Assembly (NCBI GenBank): GCA_903821905.1
Contig: CAIJMQ010000043.1
Location: 1 to 58,379 of the forward strand
Length of the DNA stretch: 58,379 nt
Reading direction: 5' to 3'
Source: an uncultured bacterium
Lineage (GTDB): Bacteria > CAIJMQ01
Every line of letters begins with the position of its first letter. Positions within the stretch are counted from its first letter, which is position 1. Below the pieces are notes generated by a model, which was not told the DNA's origin, did no database searches, and saw nothing but the letters and a program-made list of their open reading frames with translations. The position numbers were made by a program, and so were the translations under genes. Below are positions 38,903 to 48,095 of this stretch, piece after piece.

Positions 38903-39682
38903 ATGCCCATGATAAAAATATGGCTTTGGAGTATTGCAAGCGTAGTAATTGTGAGTTTGATTTCTTTAATTGGTTTGTCTACTTTTGGAATAAAGACTGA
39001 AACGTTGAAGAAATTTTTGATTTATATGCTTGCTTTCTCTGCAGGAGCGTTGTTCGGCGATGCTTTTATACATTTGATACCGGGGATTGTTAAAAAACAA
39101 GGAAGTTTTGGTCTGTTTCCTTCGATATCCCTGCTTTCTGGAATAGTGCTGTTTTTCATAGTTGAGAAATTCATCCACTGGCAACACTGTCACATACCTG
39201 TCTCAAAAGAACATATCCATCCTTTTACTTATATGAATCTCGTGGGAGACGGAGTCCATAATTTTATTGACGGATTGATTATTGCGGGAAGCTATCTCGT
39301 TAATCTTCAAATCGGGATTGCGACAACGTTAGCTGTAGTTTTTCATGAAATTCCAAAAGAGATGGGAGTTTTTGGAGTTTTAGTACACGGAGGTTTCAGT
39401 AGGGGAAAAGCACTTGCATTAAACTTTCTTACTGCGTTGATTGCTGTTTCAGGAACCATTATTGCTTTACTGATTGGAAGTGAGGTCGCAGATATAACAA
39501 CATCTATTTTACTACCGATTGCAGCAGGAGGATTTATTTATATTGCAGGAGCTGATTTGATTCCTGAACTGCACAAAGAAACCGCGTCCCACTCTTCACC
39601 TCAGGTTGCCGCTTCTTTACTTCAACTGCTTGCTTTTGTATCGGGAATAGGAGTTATGGCTCTTCTGCTTCTTCTTGAATGA
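38903..39682 (+). CDS. ZIP-family divalent metal transporter (ZupT-like)
   Basis: HNFIDGLIIAGSY and HEIPKEMG metal-binding motifs; 259 aa. Confidence 0.85.
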   Translation: MPMIKIWLWSIASVVIVSLISLIGLSTFGIKTETLKKFLIYMLAFSAGALFGDAFIHLIPGIVKKQGSFGLFPSISLLSGIVLFFIVEKFIHWQHCHIPVSKEHIHPFTYMNLVGDGVHNFIDGLIIAGSYLVNLQIGIATTLAVVFHEIPKEMGVFGVLVHGGFSRGKALALNFLTALIAVSGTIIALLIGSEVADITTSILLPIAAGGFIYIAGADLIPELHKETASHSSPQVAASLLQLLAFVSGIGVMALLLLLE

Positions 39683-39747
39683 AGTCTAATCCAAGTTAAA
39701 CATTTTTAAATGCAAGTTTTTTGATTTTTGATATAATAAATCCCATT

Positions 39748-40542
39748 ATGAATACAATTGTCTGTATAAAACAGGTGCCTGATACTGAACATCTTCAAGA
39801 AGTAACGATAAATCCAGAAACTAATACACTTGAGAGAGAAAAAATCCCGGCGGTTATTAATCCTTTTGATGTGAATGCCATAGAAGAAGCTGTTCGCATA
39901 AAAGAAAAGCAGGGCGGAAAGGTTACGGTTATGACAATGGGTCCGCCTCAGGCAGAGGAAGCTCTAAGGACTGCTTTGGCAATGGGAGCTGATGAGGCAA
40001 TACTTTTGACTGATAGAGCGTTTGCAGGTTCAGATACGTGGGCTACAGCCAAAACTTTAGCAAGAGCTATTAAGAAAATAGGTGCATTTGACCTTATACT
40101 GTTTGGTAAGCAGGCGATTGATGGGGATACTGCTCAGGTAGGGCCTGAAGTTGCCGAAGCTCTTTCTATTCCCCAGATTACATATGTAAGTAAATTAGAG
40201 GTTGAAGATAAAAAGGTAAAGGGAAGAAGAACCGTAGAAGATGCATATGAAGAAGTAGAAGCTAATACTCCTTGTGTAATAACGGTTACTAAAGATATAA
40301 ATGAGCCACGGTTTGCTTCAATAAAAGGGCTTCTCAAAGCGAAAAAAGCGGAAATTATAAAATGGGGAAAAAATGATTTGGCTCTTAAAGATGAAGAGGT
40401 TGGCTTGAATGGTTCTGCAACACAGGTTATAAAAATATTTTCTCCGCCTAAAAGAGGAAAGGGAGAAATGATTACGGGTGATTCTGCGGATGAAAAAGCA
40501 AGTAAACTCGTAGAAAAATTGAAAGCGGACAAGATTATATAA
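39748..40542 (+). CDS. etfB: Electron transfer flavoprotein beta subunit
   Basis: MNTIVCIKQVPD start and AMGADEAILLTD motif. The track ORF begins at 39721, but conservation begins at the ATG at 39748. TGaTATAAT lies just upstream. Confidence 0.85.
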   Translation: MNTIVCIKQVPDTEHLQEVTINPETNTLEREKIPAVINPFDVNAIEEAVRIKEKQGGKVTVMTMGPPQAEEALRTALAMGADEAILLTDRAFAGSDTWATAKTLARAIKKIGAFDLILFGKQAIDGDTAQVGPEVAEALSIPQITYVSKLEVEDKKVKGRRTVEDAYEEVEANTPCVITVTKDINEPRFASIKGLLKAKKAEIIKWGKNDLALKDEEVGLNGSATQVIKIFSPPKRGKGEMITGDSADEKASKLVEKLKADKII

Positions 40543-40644
40543 ATAGTTTACAGATTAAAGATAAAATGCCATAGGCTAAAGACAAAAATAAAAGGTCTTC
40601 AGTCTATGTTCTTCGGTCTTTAGTCTATTAAAACAGGAGGGACT

Positions 40645-41511
40645 ATGTTCATCTCTATGACAGGTTCTGCAACAAAGAAAGTTTCTTCAAAATGGGGGGA
40701 TTTCACATTTGTTTTAAGCAGTTTCAATCATCGTTTCTTGGAGATAAACACTCATATTCCCAATGAACTTAGAAGCGGAGAAGTTGATATCCAGAAACTT
40801 ATAAGAAGCAAAATATCAAGGGGGCAAGTAAATTTTCATATTGAATGGGAGCCGGGCGGAAAAGAAGAGGGATTCCATATTAACACCGCTCTTTTGGAAA
40901 ACTATTATAAAAGTTTAGATGAAGCAAGAAAAAAATTAGGACTTCAAGAGGAAGTAAGCTTTTCCTTGTTGATGCAATTGCCGGATGTAATTGTTCATAA
41001 GAAAACATTTTTAAGCCCTAACTTATGGTCGTTCTTAAATAAAAACATAAGTATTACATTAAACGAGTTGAATGAAGTGAGAAAGAAAGAAGGAGCAGAG
41101 CTTCATAAGGATATCAATCAGAGAGTAAATATCATTTCCAAAATTATCCAAGAGATTAAAACGGTACTCCCGACAATTATTAAAGAATACAAAGGGAAAC
41201 TTGAGCAGAAACTTTCTCCTGTTACCAGCAACGGACTTAGAGAAAAAATAGCACAGGAAGTTATGGTTCAGGCAGGGAAAATTGATATAACCGAAGAAAT
41301 GATACGAGTCTATTCTCATCTAAAGATGTTTATTGAGGAAATGAAGAAGAAGTTGAGCTCAGGAAAAAGATTGGATTTTATATCTCAGGAGATGTTACGG
41401 GAAATAAATACTATGGGTTCTAAAATATGCAGCGCTGATATTTCTTCAAAGATTATATATGTGAAGACGGAACTCGATAAAATAAGAGAACAACTCAGGA
41501 ATGTCGAATAG
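40645..41511 (+). CDS. yicC: YicC-family stress-induced endoribonuclease
   Basis: ISMTGS start and a C-terminal YicC helical domain; 288 aa. Confidence 0.8.
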   Translation: MFISMTGSATKKVSSKWGDFTFVLSSFNHRFLEINTHIPNELRSGEVDIQKLIRSKISRGQVNFHIEWEPGGKEEGFHINTALLENYYKSLDEARKKLGLQEEVSFSLLMQLPDVIVHKKTFLSPNLWSFLNKNISITLNELNEVRKKEGAELHKDINQRVNIISKIIQEIKTVLPTIIKEYKGKLEQKLSPVTSNGLREKIAQEVMVQAGKIDITEEMIRVYSHLKMFIEEMKKKLSSGKRLDFISQEMLREINTMGSKICSADISSKIIYVKTELDKIREQLRNVE

Positions 41512-42109
41512 ATTAAGGCACAAAGGTGTAGAGGCGCAAAGGCACAGAGGATTGTTGTTTATTTTTTCATCTGCTTCGGGAGGGGGCAAGACCACAATAG
41601 CAAGGAAAGTTGTGCAAAAAGACCCTCGTTTTGTGCTATCCGTTTCTTATACAACCCGTTCTCCAAGAGGAGAAGAAAAAGAAGGTAAAGATTATTTTTT
41701 TGTAAGTGATGATATATTCGAACAGATGATAAAAGAAAACAGGTTTTTGGAATGGGAAAAAGTCCACGATGCTTTTTATGGCACATCCCGTGATTTTGTA
41801 GAAAAAAAATTATCTTGTGGGAAAAATGTTGTTTTGGTAATTGATGTGAAAGGAGCAAAACACGTTAAAGAGAAATGTCCGGATAGTATTTCTATTTTCT
41901 TTGTTGCACCTTCCATTGAAGAACTAAAACAAAGACTTGAGAATAGAGGCACAGAAACTGAAGAAGAAATCCAAAAGAGAATAGAAATTGCTACTTGGGA
42001 AGAAAAACAAGCTGAAAATTATGACTATCACGTTGTAAATGATAAACTTGAAGATGCGGTAGATAGAGTTTCATTAATAATAAACACTGAACTAAAAAAT
42101 TTTAAATAA
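41501..42109 (+). CDS. gmk: Guanylate kinase
   Basis: P-loop SASGGGKTT, TTR...EGKDYFFVS; the true start may lie downstream of 41501. Confidence 0.85.
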   Translation: MSNRLRHKGVEAQRHRGLLFIFSSASGGGKTTIARKVVQKDPRFVLSVSYTTRSPRGEEKEGKDYFFVSDDIFEQMIKENRFLEWEKVHDAFYGTSRDFVEKKLSCGKNVVLVIDVKGAKHVKEKCPDSISIFFVAPSIEELKQRLENRGTETEEEIQKRIEIATWEEKQAENYDYHVVNDKLEDAVDRVSLIINTELKNFK

Positions 42110-42121
42110 AAGGGGAAGAAG

Positions 42122-42982
42122 ATGAGAAAGTTAGCCATTATTGTAAATTTAGCTAAAAGAAAAGCCCCTACTGTAGTAAAAAAACTTATCCGTGAAATGG
42201 AAAAGAAGAATGTCGAGATTTTTCTCCTTAAAGATTCTGCGAAATATATAGATAGAAAAGACTTGGGGGCAGATGAAGAAAAGATAAGAAGCAATGCCCA
42301 AATTTTGATAAGTCTCGGGGGAGACGGAACGTTGCTTAAAGCTGCAAGAATCGTAAAAGGAGAAAATATCCCTATACTCGGTGTAAATATGGGTAGTTTA
42401 GGATTTCTTACAGAAATAACCTATAAAGATTTGAATGGAGCCTTACCGCTTTTGTTAAATAGGAAATACTATATTGAAAAAAGAAGTATGCTTGCGATTA
42501 GTGTATCAAGAGATATGCATAAATTGTTTGCTCTTAACGATGTTGTTCTTTCCAGGGGCGCTTCTGCAAGAATTGTTGAATTGAAAACATTTATCGATGG
42601 AAATTATCTCACAACATTTGCATCTGATGGATTGATTGTATCAACTTCAACCGGTTCGACAGCACATTCTCTTTCTTCGGGAGGACCTATAGTGCATCCT
42701 TCTATAGATTCTATTTTGGTTGTTCCTATATGTCCGCATACTCTTTCAAACAGGCCTATTGTTGTTCCTTACAAGAGCAAAATAAGAGTGAAAACATTGA
42801 CTGAAAACTCTGTTGATTATACAATTGACGGTCAAATTGGTGGTAAACTTGAGAAGGGTGAGGAAATAGAAGTGAGTTTAGCCCCTTTCCAAGTATCTCT
42901 TGTGAGATTAAAAAAGAAAAACTTTTATGAACTTTTAAGGAAAAAATTGAGATGGAGCGGATGTTCTGTTGGACAGGAATAA
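42122..42982 (+). CDS. nadK: NAD kinase
   Basis: GGDGTLL and NDVVL motifs; 286 aa. Confidence 0.9.
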   Translation: MRKLAIIVNLAKRKAPTVVKKLIREMEKKNVEIFLLKDSAKYIDRKDLGADEEKIRSNAQILISLGGDGTLLKAARIVKGENIPILGVNMGSLGFLTEITYKDLNGALPLLLNRKYYIEKRSMLAISVSRDMHKLFALNDVVLSRGASARIVELKTFIDGNYLTTFASDGLIVSTSTGSTAHSLSSGGPIVHPSIDSILVVPICPHTLSNRPIVVPYKSKIRVKTLTENSVDYTIDGQIGGKLEKGEEIEVSLAPFQVSLVRLKKKNFYELLRKKLRWSGCSVGQE

Positions 42983-44258
42983 TTTAGGTGGAGATATGAC
43001 TATAACTGAGAAAATATTAGCCTTACATTGCGGAGAGAAAAAAGTTACTCCGGGACAGTTTATACTTGCCGATGTTGATATTGCGCTTGGTAATGATATA
43101 ACTGCGCCGTTAGCTATTGAAGAGGTGGAAAAATTAAATAAAAAAAATCTGCCTCATCCTGAAAAAGTTGTTCTTGTTTCTGACCATTTTACGCCCAACA
43201 AAGATAAAGAATCTGCTAATCAGTGTCTAGTTGTCAAGAAATTTGCTAAGAAGTACGCGATAAATAACTATTTCGAATTGGGTTGTGGCGGTATTGAACA
43301 TGCACTTCTTCCAGAAGAGGGGTTCATTTACCCGGGAGAACTTATTATCGGTGCTGATTCTCATACTTGTACATATGGTGCCTTAGGAGCATTTGCAACA
43401 GGTGTGGGTAGTACGGATTTGGCTTTTACTATGATGTCAGGAAAAATATGGCTTAAGGTTCCTGAAAGTATGAAATTTATTTACAGCGGTAAGTTAAGAG
43501 AATGGGTAACTGGAAAAGATTTGATTCTTTATGCGATTGGTGATATCGGTGTTGATGGTGCTCATTATAGAGCTATGGAATTTAGAGGAGAAGCAATAAG
43601 TAAACTATCTGTCGACGGACGTTTGACAATGTGTAATATGGCTATTGAAGCTGGTGGTAAGAGTGGGATAGTGGCTCCAGATGAGACTACACTAAAGTAT
43701 ATTGAACAATTCAAAATACCAAAATCTAAAATAAAAGTTTTTGAGAGTGATAAAGATGCCAAATATGTTGATATAAAAGAATATGATGTGGGAGAAATAG
43801 AACCGCAAGTTGCCTTTCCTCATCTTCCGTCTAATACTAAACCTGTTTCCCAAGCTGGTAATGTTAATTTGGACCAGGTTGTTATTGGTTCCTGTACTAA
43901 TGGAAGATTGGAGGATTTGAGAATTGCGGCTAAGATTCTGAAAGGGAAAAAAGTTCATCCATATCTAAGAACGATTATTATTCCAGCTACTCAAAAGATA
44001 TATTTACAAGCTCTGAAAGAAGGGCTTATGGAGATATTTATCAATGCGGGTGCTGTTGTTTCTCCTCCAACTTGTGGTCCTTGTATTGGCGGACATATGG
44101 GAGTGTTGGCAAAGGGAGAAAAATGTCTTGCTACAACAAACCGCAATTTTGTTGGCAGAATGGGTGATAAGGAAAGCGAAGTTTATCTGGCTTCTCCTGC
44201 TGTTGCTGCTGCTTCAGCAGTAAAAGGAAAAATAGCAGATCCTGCTGAGGTTATGTAG
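42969..44258 (+). CDS. leuC: 3-isopropylmalate dehydratase / homoaconitase large subunit (type 2)
   Basis: Aconitase-family Fe-S ligand motifs (GADSHTCT, SCTNGR, CGPCIGG); the start may be the ATG at 42996 (MTITEKILA). Confidence 0.85.
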   Translation: MDRNNLGGDMTITEKILALHCGEKKVTPGQFILADVDIALGNDITAPLAIEEVEKLNKKNLPHPEKVVLVSDHFTPNKDKESANQCLVVKKFAKKYAINNYFELGCGGIEHALLPEEGFIYPGELIIGADSHTCTYGALGAFATGVGSTDLAFTMMSGKIWLKVPESMKFIYSGKLREWVTGKDLILYAIGDIGVDGAHYRAMEFRGEAISKLSVDGRLTMCNMAIEAGGKSGIVAPDETTLKYIEQFKIPKSKIKVFESDKDAKYVDIKEYDVGEIEPQVAFPHLPSNTKPVSQAGNVNLDQVVIGSCTNGRLEDLRIAAKILKGKKVHPYLRTIIIPATQKIYLQALKEGLMEIFINAGAVVSPPTCGPCIGGHMGVLAKGEKCLATTNRNFVGRMGDKESEVYLASPAVAAASAVKGKIADPAEVM

Positions 44259-44267
44259 AGGCAAACC

Positions 44268-44774
44268 ATGATAATAAAAGGTAAAGCACACAAATTTGGC
44301 GACAATATAAATACAGACGATATTATTCCTGCTATATATCTTGTTACTACGGCTATAAAAGAGCTTGGAAAACACTGTATGGAAGGGATAGATGCATCTT
44401 TCCCGAGCAAGGTAAAAGAAGGTGATATCATTGTTGCAGGTAAGAATTTTGGATGCGGTTCATCGAGAGAACATGCGCCTTTGGCTATTAAAGGTTGCGG
44501 TATATCTTTAGTGATTGCCGAGTCCTTTGCCCGTATATTCTATAGGAACTGCATAAATGTAGGGCTTCCCATTATTACTTCACAAGAGGTTTGTAAGAAT
44601 ATTAATGCGAAGGATGATATAGAAGCGGATTTATTGAAAGGGGAAATTAAAAACATAACCAAAAATAAAGTTTTCCACATAGATTCTTTCCCCCCGCTTT
44701 TACAGGATATAATAGAAACCGGTGGTTTGATTAAATGGTATTTAAAGGGTAGAATTTTTTCTCCGAAAAAATAG
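44268..44774 (+). CDS. leuD: 3-isopropylmalate dehydratase small subunit (type 2)
   Basis: Aconitase swivel domain, [14 protein letters not shown]; 168 aa. Confidence 0.85.
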   Translation: MIIKGKAHKFGDNINTDDIIPAIYLVTTAIKELGKHCMEGIDASFPSKVKEGDIIVAGKNFGCGSSREHAPLAIKGCGISLVIAESFARIFYRNCINVGLPIITSQEVCKNINAKDDIEADLLKGEIKNITKNKVFHIDSFPPLLQDIIETGGLIKWYLKGRIFSPKK

Positions 44775-44783
44775 TTTTACCAC

Positions 44784-44812
44784 TTGACATACTCTGTAAG
44801 TATATGTTATAT
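44784..44812 (+). promoter_or_regulatory. Sigma-70-type promoter (TTGACA, 17 nt, TTATAT) launching a ~250-nt purine-rich leader before the outer-membrane protein gene
   Basis: Consensus -35, optimal spacing. Confidence 0.5.
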
Positions 44813-45062
44813 TTCGCACAGCGTTATTTGAAAACCCTTTAGATTTCAAGAGGGGGTAATATATAGTGCGTTTAACCATCCCTGGTGCCTTAAATTAAGG
44901 CAAGAAAGGAGGTGAAAGAGAAACTAAGCCGCTAAGGTTGCCAATAAGGGGTGAAGGATAGATAGAAAGTCCTCCGGCGTAAAATCGGAGGAAAGAAATA
45001 GATAAGAAGAAGGGAAGTAACAACTCTCTTTGATTACACGAAGGGAAGGAGAGAAACAAAAA

Positions 45063-46532
45063 ATGTCACATAAAATACTAACAGTGGTTTGTGCTTTAGC
45101 TTTAGTGCTGGGTTTATCCCTAAGTGCTACAGCTGCAGTACAAAATGTAAAAGTAGGCGGAGATATCGAAGTTAAAGGTATCTACCAGAGTGCCTATGAT
45201 ATTATCGACACGATAGATATTGCTGGAGTCGAAGTCTATAACAACAACCCAGTTGTTCATGATTATCTGATGAGCACTACAAGATTATATGTAGAAGCTT
45301 CTTTGACTGACAACGTTAGTGCTTACGTAAGAGTTCTGAACGTGAGAGATTGGAATGCGAATTATGCACCAATTAATACCGTTGCTGACGATGTCAACAT
45401 TGATTTAGCTTATATAACATTGTCAGAAATTTACGGTTATCCGTTCAGTCTCACTATTGGTAGACAAGAACTCAAATTAGGTGAAGGATTCCTGGTTGGC
45501 GACGGAGTCCGGGTTATAGATGCTTCTCAAGCCTATCAGTATGATACACGCAAAGCGTTTGATGCCATAAAGGCAGAATGGAACTATGCACCGCATAAAA
45601 TAGACCTCTTTACTGCCAAAGTAACTGAAGGTTCTGATGTAGGTCTCGGTGCTCCATTCATACTCTTCCCTAATCCTACAGTACCTTTAGACACTGACAA
45701 CGACCTCTATGGAATTGACTGGAATTATGATGGCGGAGTCTATGGTCTATGGGATTTTGCGTTGTTATACAACAGATCCAATGTAGTTCTGTTGGATAAA
45801 GAAAATCAGACTTGGGCTTTGAGTGTCCGAGGTGAAGGCAATCTACCCTCAGTTTCTGTCGGAACACTTGCTTTAAAAGGCGAGATAGTTCGAGAATGGG
45901 GTACGGTTGAACAAGGCACTGCATTAGGAACTTCCGGTTTCTATGGAAGTAGCACAGATGCAGAATCATTGGATGCTTGGGGTGGTTATCTTGAAGGTCA
46001 ATACACCTTTGATAATCCCTATGCTCCTTACTTCGGCTTGGGTTACATCTATATGAGCGGTGATGACTATGATACTCAGAAAATAGAGCAATTCAATCCT
46101 CTATTTGAAGATGAAACATATGGTCAAATTGCTGAAGTGCTCTATGGTTTGGGAGGTGGTTTAAACTTCCCCGGTGCAGGCGCGGCAGGATTTGCTAACG
46201 ACACAAGGATATCCGACGCAAGCATCTGGAAGGCCTCTTTCGGATTTAATCCGACCCAGACTACAAACATAGACCTCACTTACTACAACTTATATGCACC
46301 TCAACAAACGTTTTCATTCACTGGAGATGCAGCTGACCAGAAGAAAGACATAGGTTCAGAATATGACGTAACATTTACTTATGACTATACTGAAGATGTC
46401 ACATTCGGACTTGTGTATGCTCTGTTTGTTCCTGGCGACTTTTTCCAGGCAGGTGCTCAAGATGTAGTGGGTGTGGATGTTAACTTTGAAAATGCCCAAG
46501 AATTACTGGGTTCAGTAAAAGTTACATTCTAA
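45063..46532 (+). CDS. Outer-membrane beta-barrel protein (putative porin)
   Basis: Signal peptide ending SATAA. Gly/Tyr-rich amphipathic beta-strand pattern. C-terminal ...VKVTF, the terminal aromatic typical of OM beta-barrels. RBS AAGGAGAG 8 nt upstream of the ATG at 45063. Confidence 0.65.
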   Translation: MSHKILTVVCALALVLGLSLSATAAVQNVKVGGDIEVKGIYQSAYDIIDTIDIAGVEVYNNNPVVHDYLMSTTRLYVEASLTDNVSAYVRVLNVRDWNANYAPINTVADDVNIDLAYITLSEIYGYPFSLTIGRQELKLGEGFLVGDGVRVIDASQAYQYDTRKAFDAIKAEWNYAPHKIDLFTAKVTEGSDVGLGAPFILFPNPTVPLDTDNDLYGIDWNYDGGVYGLWDFALLYNRSNVVLLDKENQTWALSVRGEGNLPSVSVGTLALKGEIVREWGTVEQGTALGTSGFYGSSTDAESLDAWGGYLEGQYTFDNPYAPYFGLGYIYMSGDDYDTQKIEQFNPLFEDETYGQIAEVLYGLGGGLNFPGAGAAGFANDTRISDASIWKASFGFNPTQTTNIDLTYYNLYAPQQTFSFTGDAADQKKDIGSEYDVTFTYDYTEDVTFGLVYALFVPGDFFQAGAQDVVGVDVNFENAQELLGSVKVTF

Positions 46533-46558
46533 GCAAACACACATCATAGAATAGTATA

Positions 46559-46595
46559 TCCCCTCCGATGGCAACATCGGAGGGGGTTCTTTTTT
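46559..46595 (+). terminator. Rho-independent terminator (CCCCTCCGATG-GCAA-CATCGGAGGGG + TTCTTTTTT)
   Basis: 11-bp GC-rich stem, 4-nt loop, U-tract. Confidence 0.85.
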
Positions 46596-46676
46596 ATCCG
46601 TCTTTTTGCAAGCAACATGTCTTTCAAAAGGCATCTTCAGGGTTAAAAAGAAGGTGTGATATAATACCGCAATTAT

Positions 46677-48083
46677 ATGGAAATCCCTCAAAATAGTTTA
46701 GCAAGGAGTTTGCCGAGTCAGCTATTTTTCTTAACAGGAGAAACTCCCGAAGCTATTGTAGAACAGCTTGAAGTTCTGGAAAGTTTTCTCGAGAAGAGCC
46801 AGGAAGTATCTCTTTGTGATTTGGCTTACAAACTCTATCTTGAGAATTCTAAAAAGAAACAAAATCCTAATAATCAAACACTTGCCATTGTGACTGAGTC
46901 CTTAGAAGAGCTGAAAAAGAAGATTAAATTCGCTAAAGATTTACTTAAACAGCATCCTGAAGTTATACCTGCCAGCCATTTTGTAGGTGGGGGAGATTAT
47001 AAAGGCATATATTTTTCTTCTAACCCAATCCCAAAACCCGGGAAAATCGCTTTTATTTTTTCCGGGCAGGGTTCTCAGAGACCTAATATGTTAAAAGATT
47101 TAACAGTTCTTTTCCCGCAAATGCAGGAAAGTATTTCAAGAGCAGACCTTGTTCTTAAAAACCGTTTTCCCAAGTTGTTAAGTGAGTATATCTATCTTTC
47201 TTCCTCTTCTACTCCGCAGGAGGAGCAACTTAATATGGAAAAGTTAACGCAAACCAATATTGCTCAACCTGCTCTTGGTGCTGTGGAGACCGGACTGTTG
47301 AAAATTATGAAACTATTCGGTGTGAATCCGGACATGGTAGCAGGACATAGCTTAGGTGAATATGTGGCTCTTTATGCAGGCGGTGTTTTTGAAGAGGAAA
47401 TTCTGTATGAGCTTTTGGAATATAGAGGTTCGACAATCATAAATTCAAGTAAGGGTGGCGATTTGGGTAAAATGCTTGCGGTCGGTGGGAATGCAAAAGA
47501 TATAGAAGGAATTATTAAAGAAGTAGATAATGTATATATTGCAAACTTGAATTCTCCTACCCAAACAATACTTTCAGGCAACGAAGAAGCGCTTGATTTA
47601 GCAAGTTCTAAGCTTGAAGAGAAAGGTTTTAGGTCTAAGAAAATAAATGTAAGTTGTGCTTTCCATTCTCCGTATATGGCTCCTGCAAGGGATTTGCTGT
47701 TTAAAAAGTTGTCTTCTCTGGATTTTAAAACTTCTTTAATCCCGGTTTATTCCAATCTAACAGCTACTCAGTATCCCGAAGATAAAAAATCAATACTCTC
47801 TATTTTAAGCAACCACTTAATCAGTCCTGTCAACTTTACAGACGAAGTGGAAAATATGTTCAGAGACGGAGCTAAAATATTCATAGAAATTGGTCCAGGT
47901 AATGTTCTAACAAATCTCATCAAACAGATTCTTGATGATAAAGAGTATCTGGCTATACCTTCAAATATAAAAACTGTGTCTGATATCAGCCAAATCCTTA
48001 ATGTTCTTGCCCAGCTTATGGCTGAAGGGTTTAAAGTTAATATATCTCCTATATTTGAAGATAGAAACTTTAGAGTGTCATAG
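46677..48083 (+). CDS. Standalone acyltransferase (malonyl-CoA:ACP transacylase-like AT domain) with an N-terminal PKS-type KS-AT linker-like extension
   Basis: GQGSQ, active-site GHSLGE and AFHS motifs, preceded by ~120 aa resembling the post-KS linker of modular PKS/PUFA synthases; 468 aa. Confidence 0.75.
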   Translation: MEIPQNSLARSLPSQLFFLTGETPEAIVEQLEVLESFLEKSQEVSLCDLAYKLYLENSKKKQNPNNQTLAIVTESLEELKKKIKFAKDLLKQHPEVIPASHFVGGGDYKGIYFSSNPIPKPGKIAFIFSGQGSQRPNMLKDLTVLFPQMQESISRADLVLKNRFPKLLSEYIYLSSSSTPQEEQLNMEKLTQTNIAQPALGAVETGLLKIMKLFGVNPDMVAGHSLGEYVALYAGGVFEEEILYELLEYRGSTIINSSKGGDLGKMLAVGGNAKDIEGIIKEVDNVYIANLNSPTQTILSGNEEALDLASSKLEEKGFRSKKINVSCAFHSPYMAPARDLLFKKLSSLDFKTSLIPVYSNLTATQYPEDKKSILSILSNHLISPVNFTDEVENMFRDGAKIFIEIGPGNVLTNLIKQILDDKEYLAIPSNIKTVSDISQILNVLAQLMAEGFKVNISPIFEDRNFRVS

Positions 48084-48095
48084 GAGTGTTCAAGA

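Noticed and set aside
39721-39747. Upstream ATG at 39721 as the etfB start
   Set aside because: The first 9 codons (MIFDIINPI) precede the universally conserved EtfB N-terminus MNTIVCIKQVPD, and a -10-like TGATATAAT overlaps them. I prefer the ATG at 39748.
45030-45062. In-frame upstream ATG at 45030 for the OMP
   Set aside because: It would put 11 charged residues (MITRREGEKQK) before the signal peptide. A good RBS (AAGGAGAG) is positioned for the ATG at 45063 instead.
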